Assembly: GCA_905178155.1 (NCBI GenBank)
Contig: CAJINV010000003.1
Coordinates: forward strand, 7,921,882-7,985,881
Reading direction: 5' to 3'
DNA length: 64,000 nucleotides
From: Amoebophrya sp. A120
Taxonomy: Eukaryota; Protista; Dinoflagellata
A program made the position numbers and the translations under genes. Every line of letters begins with the position of its first letter. The first letter of the stretch is position 1. Positions 24,268 through 37,100 of the stretch are shown piece by piece. A model generated the notes under the pieces. That model was not told the origin of the DNA and did not search any database. It saw only the letters and a program-made list of their open reading frames with translations.

Positions 24268-25968
24268 TCAACACGCTAGCTCCGACGCGGGGAGCTCAGA
24301 CTCGAACGTAGCCGTGAGCGATTTTGATGAATAATCGACCGGATCTTGCTTCTCGAGAAACTCCTCTAGCCCTTGGGCGACGACGTTAAACGACGACTCA
24401 AAAGCCAGGTCTACTTGTTCCGGATGGTCGCTCGACGGGAGCTCCTCCATCACGTCTACCGCAGCTGCGCCCGAGCCGCCCAGTGACTGTACCGACACCA
24501 CCCCGTCCAAATCGCTAACGCCGTCCTCCCCTAGAGCACCCTCCAAGCCCGCAAGAATGTCGTCCATTGCATGCTGCTCAGGCGACGCTTGCGGCTGCGC
24601 CCCAACACCGACAAGGCCGAGAATATCTTCGACTTCTCGTGCGGGGCTGGCAGATTCAGCAACAAGGTCCTGCTTTGCTGCGAGAAGCACTTCAATCTTT
24701 TCTGCTTCGACACTTTTCTCGAGCTGTGCGGCTTCACCCGCGAGAACGGGTTGTACGTCTACGTCTGCTTCGCGTGTGACACCAGCGTCCGCTTTCCTTC
24801 CCGTCTCCCGTCCTTTTCCTCGCTCTTCGTCAGTAGTGACCACTTCGGAAACTATCTCCTCGCTCACCTGGTCCGCAGCCCGCTCGGCAGCAGCCGCGCC
24901 TCTGCTCTCCGGCTCCAGCAAGTCGAGGTCCTCATCACTTTGCGGAAAAACCCGACCGTCTCTGCGCAACCCGAGCTCCTTCTCAACTTGCTCGTTCATG
25001 CCAACCTCCAGACGAGCATCTTTGGACTCGGTGGCGATGCGCTTCTTGTGCAGCAGAAACTCGAACTCGTCCGCGAGCAACTTGCGGTACGCCGGCTTGG
25101 TGAGGCGCTTCAAGAAATCGCCGATGGTAATCTCGGTTGTGTCGTAGCTAAAGCTTGCAAACGGGTTACTATTTTGGGCTTCCGCGGCGGCGGTGCTTGT
25201 TGTGCTACCAGCTCCACCCCGGTGCGGACTAGTCCGCGGCTGGAGATACGCAGGGGTCTTCCCCGACTCCAGGCCCACGTTCTGGATGTCGGCGCACACC
25301 TTGCGGGCAAACTCTTCCTCCAACAAACCCCCGGCGACGAGCTCCTTCAGACTGAGCCCGTTCGCCTTGGGTAGGTCCAGGCGCTGCTGTTCCGCTGCCT
25401 TGACTTCTTCCATGCACTTCAGCAACAGTTTTTTCCGCTCCTCGGTCCGCACCTTCACCTCTTCCATGTCCGGGCGGCGGCCCCGGGGGGATCCCGCCGC
25501 AGGCTCGGGCACGGACGGCAAGTTCCGCAGGGACTGCCCCATGTCGTCCAGCTTCTCGCGGAAGTTCCACGGCGGCTTGCCACGGGGCGAGTAGTAGATG
25601 TCGTGTCGCGGCTCCTCCTCCGGGGGCCGCATCAGCCACTCCTCCTCGGAGACCGGATCGTAGAACAAATTGATCACGTCCTGAATCTATCCAGAATGCA
25701 AATATCGATCCGGGTCTGGAAACTTAAACTTGCAACGCTAGCCACTCCATTAAAAACGAGCCGGGCATGACAGATTTTTCATTTTTTGACAAATCGCGCT
25801 TTTGCATGACAAACCTTGCGACACTGGTCCGTTTTTTCATGCATCACCAGATTTTGGCCTCATCCGAGTGCGCACGACAAATTCGCATCTGCTCCCAGAC
25901 CTAGACATATTCGCAATGCGTAGAATCCCCACATAGGACACAGTCAAAAACTCCTCCATCGCGCGAAC
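24268..25968 (-). CDS. Acidic protein of unknown function (further 5' exons likely)
   Basis: The 469-aa ORF extends upstream as VRAMEEFLTVSYVG|IQDVINLFYDP after removal of introner 25688-25922. Confidence 0.65.
25688..25922. mobile_element. TIR introner, diverged family B
   Basis: Perfect TSD GAATC. Termini TATCCAGAATGCAAATATCGATCCGGGTCTGGA and CCAGACCTAGACATATTCGCAATGCGTA. Removal restores the frame. Confidence 0.88.
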
Positions 25969-28023
25969 CTGCCTTTCCACCGGATGGTACACTGCAACGC
26001 CGAAAAGCACCCCCAACCTTTCTCGCTGCCCCGGCGTACACCTGAGTAGAGTACAAGTATTTCACAATTTGGCCGCTCAGAGAGGGGGTGCAAAACAGCA
26101 GCCACGGTGACTCGTTCAGAAGAACCAGAGGGCTCGAAAATCGTGTCGAAAATCAAATTTTCTGTGCGGTACTGTGAGATGGACGATCAGGCTCACGCCC
26201 CAAAACTAGAACATAGTGCTAATCTTACAACTTTTGATTTTCGAGCAGGAAAAAAGATGCAAATCAATAACAGTACACCAACAGACATGCTAGCTTACCC
26301 ATGGCGCACGGTTTTGAAGATGTTTTGTATGAGTTGCAAGCAGTGTCGAAAAAAAAACCAAGCGGGGTGGCTCAGAAGAATCTGCCTTTATGAATCTTCT
26401 CATACCCAAAGTGAATATTAATCTGCAGGAGCTGTGCATGCCTCCAATCTTCAGAAAACCTGCAAAGAGACAACAGGGCCGCATCGCAGTTCCGGCTATG
26501 CTTGCACGGATTCGGATTTCACATCTCATTTCCATTTAACACCTACGCAATTTTTCTTTCCGATACGCATCCGTGCAGTGTGAAATCTCGTCGGTGCTGC
26601 ACGCAATCGTTCAATCGTCGGTACCCGCTATCACAATGAAATTCCTGCGCAGGGAAGCCCGGGTTTTTCCATTTGTATTTGTTGTCTCTGTATCGTGACT
26701 ATCCTGCCCTATCAAAAGACTGGCACGTGCGTGACCATCATCAAAGAGATTGGCAACTGCGCCAACGTGAGCGCTGAGCATATACCACACTTTATCTTTA
26801 ACAGAGACAGATAGCACATAGAAAAAAATGCATTTTCAACGGCTTCCCTAACACAGAGAAAACGCTGCAGAGCGGAAAGGATAAGGATTTTCCATTGATT
26901 ACACGTTCCACGTGAACATAACTTCCTCTTTGTAGACGGCATTCTCCTGGGCCAGGAAGGCATTGCGCCGGGTCGGGCTCCGCGCTTGGCCGTGCACGTC
27001 GGCGAGTGTGCCGTGCTTGAAATCCTCCTCCGCCAGCATGATGCAGCTTCTGGCGGATCTGCCCGAAGATCTTTTAAACTTTTATTCAACAGGCATTTTT
27101 TTTACTTCATCTGTGTTTGGTGCAGGAGCTGCGGTCGGTCATGTTCAATTCCCAGCATGTTCTTCCAACATAAATGAGTAAGCAACAAGTACAACTGAGC
27201 CCAATGACTACTTACTTTCCCTACGTAGAACTGGGAGGCACAAACAAAAAAAAAACTGTATGGTAGATTGTTGGAAAGTCATAGGTTCCAGCTTCGATGT
27301 CGTGTCTTGCTCGACCGAGAAAGTGTACGAACGATACGAGAGCCAGAGCGATTTTGGAAAAATTGGGATTTTTATACATCATACTAGGAAAAATCATCAT
27401 ATATTTTTAACCTACCGCACCCTAATTTTGTAACCCGGAGCGATGAACCTGCCCAACCCCGGACGAAAGGGATATTGAGAGCGCATTCACGATTCGTGCA
27501 TGTACAGTTTGTTTTTTCTTGATCAAAATTTGCGTTTGACCGATGGCCTCGCAGACACCTATAAAGGAAAACTAAGACGCAGGCACGGAGCACACACCAC
27601 ATACGATGAAATGCAGCTTCCCTTCCGTTTCTCCCGACACTTCTTCTAACAGTTTCTGATAGATAGCGCGCGGCGATGTTTGTACAGAACTGCCAAAAAT
27701 GTTGCAAACAGTGTACATTGATTTGATCCACATGATCCAACGCAAGGTGCCACGGCTTGACGCCGATACGGCTTCATAGCTACCACAAGCTTTTAAAGTG
27801 CAGCGAGCCGGCGAGTGTGCTTACCGAGCTCCGAGTTGAGGTTCATCTACAAAGATAGGCTGATATATAATCATAGCGCAGCCAGGGCTGCTTTGGAACG
27901 ATAAAGCTGTGTTTGAAGTTCTAGAAGTCAATTGATGTTGTTCGGAAATTGAAACAAAATACTTGCGAATGAAATTTCGTTTTTCGTTCGTTCTTTCATT
28001 ATTGTATATACTCGCGTTAATTT

Positions 28024-29967
28024 CTACCCATCCTCACCGTCGAAATCCTCGTCAGCCTCTTCGTCTGCGGGAAAGTACATCTCCATAGCCTCGAAAAAGT
28101 TGTCGGCGTAGGTATCTGCCGTCAAGGGGTTTCCGCTCTTGTTGTGCACATCCAGCATCCCGATCAAAATGCCCCACGTCTTTCCCCCGGCATCTTCGCC
28201 GGTGAACCCCTGCATCAGCGGGTTGGCGTAAATCCGCGGCAGGGGAGGAATCGTTGGGGTGTCCACCAGCGCGACGAGGAGCCCGTAGTCCGTCATGCCC
28301 TGTTGCTGGACGAAGTCTAAATCGAGGGAGATCCCCCGGAGGAAAGCGTCCTGCTCCGCGAAGTTGATGAACTGGGGCCCCATCAGAAAATTGAGGTCGT
28401 CCCCGGTGGGCTGATCGCCCCCCGTCTGATTGCCCCGGATGTAGTACCGCTGCTTGGCGGTGAGCCCGGCGCTCCGGAGCGTCATCACGGGATTGTTACT
28501 GATCACGAAGAAGGCCTCCTCTTCCGAGTCGGGAATGGTGATCTTCAGCATGTAATACAGGTGCGGCATGAAGGTGGTCCGCGCGTTGCTGCGGAAGTAC
28601 TCGACGTAGGGCACCATGAACTGCCGGCTCAACAGCGGCTTCGCGTAGTTGGCGCTGGTTTTTTTCACCAGCAGGTGCCCCTCCGGGGACCACATGGTCA
28701 GCCCGGTCTGCGGGGCCTCGTGCGCCAGCAGCGGCCGGTCCACCAGCTCGTTGATGATCCACTGGTCGTTGCTGTTGAACGCGATCGCCCGCCGCACGTC
28801 GTCCATCTCGCGGGGGTAGAACGCCGTCACGTTCACCTCCACCGTGGCGCCGCCCGTGGGAGGCTCGAACCCGAACTGGATTTTTGTGTTCACCACCTCC
28901 TCCGTCGGGAACGGCGACTCCGGCGGAAGCGGCACCGAGGAGAGCGCGCGGATGGTGGCGGGGATCAGTTCCTTCCAGAACTCCACCCCGCGGGGGCCCG
29001 CGGACAGGTGCTGGAACATGTCTTCTTTGTTCACCCGGTCGTAGCTGGCCTGCCCAGAACTGACGCTGCTCAGCGCTCCTCGGGCCTCGGCCGCGGACTG
29101 GTTCGCGCCGGGCCGGGGCGTGTGCTCGTCCAGCCTGCTCAAATCCCCCTGGCCCGCGGCCAGCGCGTTGTACATTCGCTGGTTGTCTTCCTCCAGCCAG
29201 TGGGCCTCCCCGATGGCCTTGGCCAGCTCGTCGTTCATCTTGGACAGGATCTCAGCCTGCTTGAAGATCACGGAATCGTCATGCTGCATGATGTCGTGCT
29301 TCTCCCGCCGCATGTTGTCCAGCTGATTCACCAGCTCTTGCTTGTCCTTGTCGCACTGCCGGCGCAGCTCCGCCATAGCCACCCAGTGCTCGTCGCGCAG
29401 CGCCTCCAGCTCGAGCCGCACCTTCTCCACCTGCGGCAGCTCCGCTTTGCGATACTGCTCCAGCAGCGCCAGAAGGTCGGCCTTCTCCAGCTCGGCCTCC
29501 TTCAGCCGCCGCCGCTCCTCGGCCCGCAGGTTGCGCAGCTTGTCCAGCTCCCGCTCGGTCTTGTCCAGCTGCAGCATCTTGGCCTGGTAGGACTCGGCCT
29601 GCTTCAGTGCGTCCTGCGCGGTGTCGCTGTACTTTTCCACCTCCTTCTGCAGCTCCAGCTTCTCCGCCATCCACTGCGCCCGCAGCGCCTCCAAAAACTC
29701 CGCGAGCCGCACCAGAAGGTCGCCCTCCATGCGGTCCATCTGCTGCAACAGCTTCTTGCCTGCCGCGTGCCCGAGCGGGTAGTTTTCCCCGAGCAGCAGT
29801 GCGGCCGAGGCCCCCCGCAACAGCTCCTTGTCCTCCTGAAACTGCGGCTGCTTCTGAGCCAGGTCTGCCTTGAACTCCACCAAAAAGGGGTTTTCTAAGT
29901 TCTTCATGGCGTTTTCAATGCGGCTTTCGCCGTCCGGCCGCAACCGCGTTGCCGCCAGCCGCTCCAT
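28024..29967 (-). CDS. Coiled-coil protein with degenerate PIP5K-like (phosphatidylinositol phosphate kinase) domain, intronless
   Basis: Long heptad region, then PIPK motifs in the expected order: LLVKK (IIKT), FFVISNN (FVVMxN), YYIRGN (YDLKGS), DDLNF (KDLDF), MTDYGLLV (IMDYSLL), IGMLDV (GIIDIL), YADNF (YAxRF). Strong GC3 bias. Confidence 0.75.
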   Translation of the reverse strand: MERLAATRLRPDGESRIENAMKNLENPFLVEFKADLAQKQPQFQEDKELLRGASAALLLGENYPLGHAAGKKLLQQMDRMEGDLLVRLAEFLEALRAQWMAEKLELQKEVEKYSDTAQDALKQAESYQAKMLQLDKTERELDKLRNLRAEERRRLKEAELEKADLLALLEQYRKAELPQVEKVRLELEALRDEHWVAMAELRRQCDKDKQELVNQLDNMRREKHDIMQHDDSVIFKQAEILSKMNDELAKAIGEAHWLEEDNQRMYNALAAGQGDLSRLDEHTPRPGANQSAAEARGALSSVSSGQASYDRVNKEDMFQHLSAGPRGVEFWKELIPATIRALSSVPLPPESPFPTEEVVNTKIQFGFEPPTGGATVEVNVTAFYPREMDDVRRAIAFNSNDQWIINELVDRPLLAHEAPQTGLTMWSPEGHLLVKKTSANYAKPLLSRQFMVPYVEYFRSNARTTFMPHLYYMLKITIPDSEEEAFFVISNNPVMTLRSAGLTAKQRYYIRGNQTGGDQPTGDDLNFLMGPQFINFAEQDAFLRGISLDLDFVQQQGMTDYGLLVALVDTPTIPPLPRIYANPLMQGFTGEDAGGKTWGILIGMLDVHNKSGNPLTADTYADNFFEAMEMYFPADEEADEDFDGEDG

Positions 29968-31134
29968 CTTCTCGCACCACGGAACTGGAAATCGAGAACC
30001 CAGTCACAACGAAGAGGGTGCCTATTTAATACCCAGAAGAGTACCGGCCTCGTCCTCCCCGGCGGGAACCGAGAGGTGCGAAGATGAGCATCCTTCTACT
30101 TAATGTACTTTAGTGATCTGATTGTCTCTGCTGTACTGGAGTTGCGACCATGGTACTGCCGTCTGCAGCCGCGAGATGCCGACTGACTGTCGTTCCTGAT
30201 CATACAAATCTAGCCGCTTCCTTCAACTCAAAAAACCCTTCCTGCTTTTACATGTTGAAATGTTTTTGCTCTTCTTGCCTTTGTTGCTTTCAGAGGTGGA
30301 TACACATTTTTCCTACACATGTAACTTCACGAAAAGTAGAATTTCGCACATTCAAAACGATCACGAATTATATCAGCGCTTGGACGAAATTGGAATCGAT
30401 GCCCCACGACCACGATTCGGAAAAATACTTGCTTGGATACGCTGTCTTCTTTGTCGAAATTTAAATTTCATCACCATAAACGACATACAAATACAAATTT
30501 CAGTTCTGAGTTGTGCTGGCATATCATGCTGGTACGACTCCCAATCCTGCTTTCCAAACGCGGCACCAAATCCTCAGGTTGCGTCGGTCTCGGTTCAAGC
30601 TTCGTTCGTTTTTGAAACCATCAAACTGCAAAAATAGCGAAAAGTTCTGTAGTAGTTTACGATGCGTGTTTTCTGAACGGGCAGCAGTCGTTTCCGGCAT
30701 TAGAGCCATTTGAAAGTGCCACACGAAAACAAATAACTAAACAAGCAACGACATTAATTTTCTGTCCAATTTGAATTTGTGTGTACAGATTTTACAGATC
30801 CACAGAAGATATTGCAAGGATAGCGCGTCACTTTGCCGTATTTAATTTTACATCGGAATAGAACTGACAATTTTGTTTACAATCAAAACCACACGAAGAG
30901 CTGCGCAAGAATACGTCGAATAAACTTAAACTAACATGTATACAAAATATTTTTCTGTAACCGATAAAGCGTCTGAATCTGGTTTACTTTTGTTGGACGT
31001 GCATTTCTCAAATCATATCTGCTAGCTTTAGCTTTTTGCTCAGGAGTAAGTACCCATAGCTCAGACGACTAGAAGTTGGTAGGTCCCATTTTTCTTTTCC
31101 ATCTTGTTGCCGTGAGCATCTTCTCGCACAACTC

Positions 31135-33311
31135 TTACCAGCGCTGGTTCATCCCCGCATTTTCGCGGCCGGTCGACACGACCATACCGCGGTTCAGGAG
31201 CGGCTTTTCGTCGAAGTCGGGATCCACATCGGCGTCGTTGTAGAAGTTCGACTCAAACGACGAACGGGGCAGCGACGAAGCGCGCTCGCCTTCGCCCTTC
31301 ACCGGCACACCCACAACAGAGGACCGCCCATCAGCATACAGCCATTGATCCTGCAGTAAGGGCAAAGGTTTGTTCTCTGACATCAAAATACTGCATTGAT
31401 TTTTGATTTTAGAAAGGGCAAAAGCTGTTACGTTGTGTATACATTGGTTGCTTTCTGTCACAGGTTACTGCGTCTGAAAGTAGGATGAAAGACGCAGCAA
31501 CAAGTACCTGGGCTGGTTCCCAGCAGCACACCGCGAACCATCCGGCAAGGCAGCTCCCCCCGGACATGCATTCGTACAGCTGATATGCAACAAAGAAAAC
31601 TGTGTAAATGTAGCTTTGTGTCTGTCATGCAGAGCATGTAACATGTAGTGCCAGACAACCAAGAAGCCTCTTTTCATGTGTGCTTTCACTCACAAGCCAT
31701 GCATGACACCAGGTCTGTCATGTAGAGCAAATTTGTATTATGCTGTCAGCCAAAGAAGGTTACACTAACACAGTTTTTTTCTAGAATAGCTGAACCACCG
31801 GGACGATAAGCGGGATCAGGGTGCTTGTTCCAAGCGTGGGAGCGAGGCGCAGAAGGGCGATAAGAAAAAAGCCGGACCCAGTGGTACTCAGCGCTAGCGT
31901 GATCAGAATGTTCACAAGGTCTATCAAAGTGAAAATTCCCCTTCCCCATATCTCAATGGAGATCAACACCGCAAAATTTCAGAAGCACGCCGCTTCAATT
32001 CAATATTTATGGGGAAGGGGGATTTGTTCTCGCGATAAGGTCGGAGGTGCCTTCCCATGCGTACAAGGCCAGCAAGGGACACCAGAAGCGGCAGCACTTG
32101 TCCCGGGGATGGCAGTAGCAGCAGCAGTACCTGGTCTCCTCCTGGATCGTCTCGCTGAACGTCTTCTGGATCTTCTTCGGAGTCCAGCAGCACAGGGTGA
32201 ATAAGTTCCAACAGCAAAACGACAACACGACATCAATCCAATCGTCGCACCCTTGCCAGAACTATCACGGGAAAAACTACAACTACGCCCCCATAGTCAA
32301 AGGGACCCTGATGAAGCAAGCACGTCTCCTGCTTGTATTTGGTGCAAGACATAATTATATCCGGTTGAAGATGCCCGAAGGCAAGCATGACATCCAGATC
32401 AAGATTTCGGTTGCTACACTAAAATCTTGCCTACACTGCAAGTGCTCACCCTTTCGCGTATGGGGGCGGCTTTTCCTGCACGATACGGCCCACACCGCGT
32501 ATATCCTGTGTAAAAACGTACCCACACCATAGTTGTCATGCAAATCTGCATGCTTAAACTCTTTCTCATGCGGAGCCCCATGAGAAGCATTCTCTAATGG
32601 TGTTTTGAGATTTGTCGTGCTCCAATCAGCATGAGAGACTAGATCTGTAATGCTGCTGAGCTAGCTCAAACAGCACTACACTACGCGTCCAAATTTGTCA
32701 TGCGAAACAAGCAAAGCTGGCTGATTTGTCTAGCCGATTCCCCATCCTGACTCTGGTGTGGGTACGTTTTTACTTAGGATAGCGTACGGTGGACAGAAAA
32801 ACCGCATGAAGCAGTTGCGAGGATCCGTCGTCTATCCTGTGCAAAAGTATCGTACTCGTATAAATGCAGGTCTTGCATTACAATTCTTGTTCCCAAGGCA
32901 AATCTGCATTACAAATTTTATTTCTCATGCTGAGGGAATTTGTAATGCATTTATACGAATACGATACTTTTGCAGTTCATATCGTCGCCGCGCCTGTATC
33001 CTGCGAAAAAAGTGTTTCACCGTCGTGTTTTTGCAGAATTTGCATGATCTCACAATGGCAATGTTGTTTCGCATGACCGTGATACTCACTTGCCACCCTG
33101 AGGACCAATGCTGTGGTACCAAAAACCTCACCGGGTGAGCTAAATAGGAGCTTCCGTGGTTGCGTTGGAACCCAAATGCAAACCTATGCCTTGCATCCTC
33201 CACAACGCATGCTTGCCGTGATGAAACATTTGTTTTTCTTTTTCTTGGATAGCCCGGGACGTAGCTGCATTCGCAATAACAGCATCGTCTGTGACAATCC
33301 GGCGCAGACAT
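31135..33311 (-). CDS. Cys-rich membrane protein of about 255 aa with two Pmp3/UPF0057-like repeats; 8 exons
   Basis: Reconstructed by removing six introners and one GT-AG intron: MSAPDCHRRCCYCECSYVPGAATTDPRNCFMRFFCPPYAVWAWQGCDDWIDVVLSFCCWNLFTLCCWTP...CCRFWCPLLALYAWEGTSDLVNILITLAL...VVQLYECMSGGSCLAGWFAVCCWEPAQDQWLY...NQRW*. No stops, and the internal repeat aligns without gaps. Confidence 0.8.
31584..31788. mobile_element. TIR introner
   Basis: Perfect TSD GCTGA. Left TATGCAACAAAGAAAACTGTGT; right reverse complement TATTCTAGAAAAAAAACTGTGT. Confidence 0.85.
31922..32037. mobile_element. TIR introner (116 bp, smallest found)
   Basis: Perfect TSD AGGTC. Termini share TATC...AA.TCCCCTTCCCCATA. 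Confidence 0.88.
32263..32485. mobile_element. TIR introner, older copy
   Basis: Termini share TATC...GAAAA...CGCCCCCATA. Flanks AGAAC/CGGCC have diverged. Removal restores the frame. Confidence 0.7.
32502..32781 (-). mobile_element. TIR introner, family A (280 bp), inverted relative to the other two copies
   Basis: Perfect TSD GCGTA. The interior is the reverse complement of 38327-38606. Confidence 0.95.
32833..32981. mobile_element. TIR introner
   Basis: Perfect TSD TCGTC. TIR of about 36 bp, TAT....TGCAAAAGTATCGTA.TCGTATAAATGCA. Confidence 0.92.
32997..33251. mobile_element. TIR introner
   Basis: TSD GCCTG/GCCCG. Termini share TATCC...AAAA...TGTTTCA. Removal restores the frame. Confidence 0.78.
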
Positions 33312-34150
33312 GGTCCTGCAAAAAGAAGTTCGGAACAGCAAAAATCACTTCTGTCCCCAATTCTGTGAAGACTGACCGGAGCGAGGTTCGAGATTGTTAT
33401 GTTCTGCACTGATCTTTTAGTTAGTTTGTAAGTACTGGCCTTGAACAAAAACCGAGAGGTTCGTCAGCTTCTATGGTGTAGACGCCGTGATCATCAACCA
33501 ACAATTAATCAAAGACTAAATCAGCGAAAACCGATCGAGAAAACACCAAACTAGGTTTTTTCAAAGTCCCAAGACGAGCCACGATTTTTCTTTTATTCTT
33601 TCGCAAAATTCATCTATTTATGTATAGCGACACGCTAACTTTCCGGAATGGGAGTCTCCCATTCCGGATTTCAACGAAGAGATCGCTAGCGGCACCGGGA
33701 TCGCAACCACGTACAGCCACCAAGCTCGACTCTGACAGACGAGCAGCCCTAGAGAACTGACGACGTGCTACGAAGCAGAACTTTGCGAAGGCGATACGAA
33801 TGCAGAAGTGCCGAGAACGAGATCGGAGCGTCACCGTCCGCAAGCGAATACGACGACCCACGTTTACGTTACGTCAAAGCAGCATCATCAAACGAAAATT
33901 TAAACACTGCCCGTTTTACCACGTTTCGACACGAACAATAAGATCACTGTTTTCAGTGGGGGTGGGGATGTCTCCTTGCCCTACGGTTCTTGCGTTCACA
34001 GTCTTACTGTATTATTGCAAAATTGCGATTCTCGATACAACAAATGCACATCAAAATACCGTACAGAGAATGTCGCTCTCAAGTCTGGCGCATACTGGAG
34101 AGCTGTTTCATCTGCGCTGCTGATGCTTACCCCTAGATTTTTTCTTGGTA

Positions 34151-37100
34151 CTAGGTGGAATGGCGCTTCGTTGTCAGCACCTCCCGTGAAGCGACCGCTC
34201 TGCCTCCAGCTACGTAATTGCTGACCACGGCATAGAAGGAACACTGGGACGAATCCGACTGCTCCGTTCCGTAGGCAAAAGGGAGCGTGATCTTCACGAC
34301 GAAGTACAGAACTGGTAGCGCCGCCGCGTCCCCGAATCTAGCCCCGCGCTCCGCCACCATGTGGTGGAAGTAGGTGCCCATGCAGTCCCTCTGGAGGCAA
34401 GGCTTGACGTCCTCCTTGGAGCTGCTAATCTGGACCGCAATCGGCTCGTCCGGCACCCGCACTAACCAAGAGTCGGAGGGCTGGCGAAAACCAGCAGCGG
34501 CTTGTAGTTCATCCCCGGGCACAGTTTGTTCTCGCGGTGCCACCCTCGTGGTCGGCACCAGCTCTTGTGCACCAAAGCGGCGCAGCTTGTCCAGAACGTC
34601 CGTCCCCGCATGCCCGTGCGGCGCGACGAGCCGGCGCACCGCAGTCAGATTCCGATGGAAAAACCCGACCCCGATTACCTTCCGCGTTTGAAAATTGAGC
34701 CGCACTCGAGCATTCCCTACGGTTTGGTCCGCCCCCTCGCTGTCGTTGGGTGGTGGCGGCAACTTAGCCACAGCGGTGCACACCTCCACGACGAGGCCGA
34801 GAAAAAAATCAGCGTGCGCCCGTATCCACCTACGACCGGTTTGTCCGGGCAGCGGCCCCCTGTGCATCACCGCGTGCGTCGCCACGTGTCTGTCTTCTCG
34901 CCAAACCACCAGGCCGAAGACTCGCCCGAGGTACCGGCGAAAGCGGTGCCAGTCCGCAAGCAGCTGCTCGCGGTGGGTATCCCAGGTTCGATCTTCTTCC
35001 GCAACGCTGGACAGGAGGAAAATTTCTTGCTCTTCGGGTACATTTTCCTCCAGCGCAGGTTCCGCTAGTCGCTTTCGAAGCTGATTTCGCACCGCGGTCT
35101 CCATGCGATGCAAGCCGTATAGCCGCTGTGAGAGAAGCCGCGCCTTCTTCTCCCGGTTGTCCGTGTTCGCCTTCGCCAAGCCAGTGGCAACCTCCTTCAA
35201 CACGCCGCGATTGCGGCGCTGCACCTGCTGCAGGAGACGAAGGCCTGCGAGAAGTTCCTCGGTCGAACGCGCCGGGAGGCCCAAAACGCACTGATCAAGA
35301 TCGAACTGTCGCCGCGCCAGTTCGCTGAGGAGCAAATACTCTCGCTGCTCGAGGAAAGGAACCGTAGAAGTACTCTTCGAGGCTGCAGTTTTCGACGCAG
35401 AAAGAGCCTCTACTTCCCCGTCCAATACAGCACTCGTGACCAGCCCATCTAGTTCTCCCTCGACTTGCTGCAGCTGCTGCTGCAGACTTTCGTCGGACAC
35501 GGCCTCGCTGCGCAGCCTCGCCGTCTCTCTGTACAATGCCAAACGCTCAGCCTCCGCGGTCGGAGGAGGTTCCCAGCGTCGCTGGGCCAGCTGAATCGCT
35601 TGCATGTCTGGAGACCACGTACGCTCGTCGTCAAGCGCGCTGGAGAGTCTGTCGGGCAGTTCGAGCACAGCCGTTGCAAAAGCCGAACGTCCGTCAGGGG
35701 GACCAGTGATATGCTGATGTTCCGCAGCGCTTGCCCTGGTAGCAACCTTGTCGCGCCACGCCTCTTGGAGCTGTTGACGTTGCTCGTCACGCTCCCGGGC
35801 ACGAATCCTTTCGTCAACGAGACTTCTGCGGCGTTCCTCGTCCTCCACGCGGCTCTTTCTGGACATTTCGGACTTCATGCGCCGCGTATCTTCGTCGAAG
35901 TGCGCTTGCTTCCGGCCATCCCAATTCCGATCGAAATCAAGTCGCGCCTTTTGCTCTGCTTCCCAACGGAGTGCCTCCTCCGCGTCGAGCATCTCTCGAC
36001 GACGCTGCTCCTGTGCTTTTTCGGCCTCGATCGACAAACTCGGTTTGAAAGACGCGGTCGCGTCGTTAAGTTGTGCATGCGTACTAGGCTTACTACTCGC
36101 TGGCGTGCTGGACCTGGATGTTGTGCTCTCTTTGCTAGAGGAATTCGCGTGATGCCGTGGCAGCGATGCACGCTCGGGACTGCTCGCTGCTCCCACGACT
36201 AGCCCATCCGCGTTTGGGTTTGCCTTTCCGCCTACCTCTCCGGTAGAAGTTACAGCCGGAACAATAGAAAATGCCTCGTGCTCTTGTACTATTCCCTTAC
36301 TGCTCCGTCTACTGCCGCTCGCACTTTTCAACGTGGCCCCACCTTGGTGTCCCCCCGCGTCTTTTGTATCGAAGGCTTTACGGCGCGCTGCTTCAACCCT
36401 TTGCATCCCCCGAAATCTCTCTTCGAACTCCAGCCGCCGCGTGTCCTCGTCAAAGTGTTCTTGTTTCGAGCCACCCCAATTTCCGTCGAATGTTCGACGC
36501 CGCCCCTGTTCCTCCGCCCATAAACGGTTCATCTCCGCATCGAAATCGTTACGACGGCGCTGTTCCGCCGAGACCTGGGGATCTTTCGCCGCGTTGCTAA
36601 CTTTTGCTTCCAGGACGGTCTTTTTCAGAGACTGCCAGAAGTCGAGATCGGCCTGCGCGTCTTCTCCGAGCGCACGGCGTCGGTCTGAGAGCAGCTGTGA
36701 GTAAGCGTCCTGGGAGCGAAGCGCGGCCGAGTCCCGGTAGTTCTGGAAGGCCGACACGTTGAGCGACTGCAAAAAAGCCCCCGTTGACGGACCTGGAGGA
36801 GGCACCAATTCCGCCTGCAACCCGCCCGAAAACGCCGCGTTGACCAGCAAAGTTTGCACTTCCAGATGCACGCGCCAGACGTCCGACAGCAGTGCGAACC
36901 ACGCCCGGGCTTCGTCTTCCCGGAACGCCGCGCTCCGGGCTTCCGGTACCACGCCGGAGCGCATGTACGGGGGGAGCTTGGTGAACTTCGCGCGCAGCTC
37001 CTCCGCAATGTCCGTGCGGGAGCTGAGGTCGCTCTCGCACACGGCAATAATTTCCTCCACCGCGCCCCGGAGGATGGCGTGGTGGCTCCAGGTAAACACC

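Noticed and set aside
26905-27070. GC-rich coding-like segment (MLAEEDFKHGTLADVHG...)
   Set aside because: Probably an exon, but it could not be attached to a gene model.
22482-29898. Long plus-strand ORFs (416, 267 and 445 aa)
   Set aside because: Antisense shadows of high-GC3 minus-strand genes.
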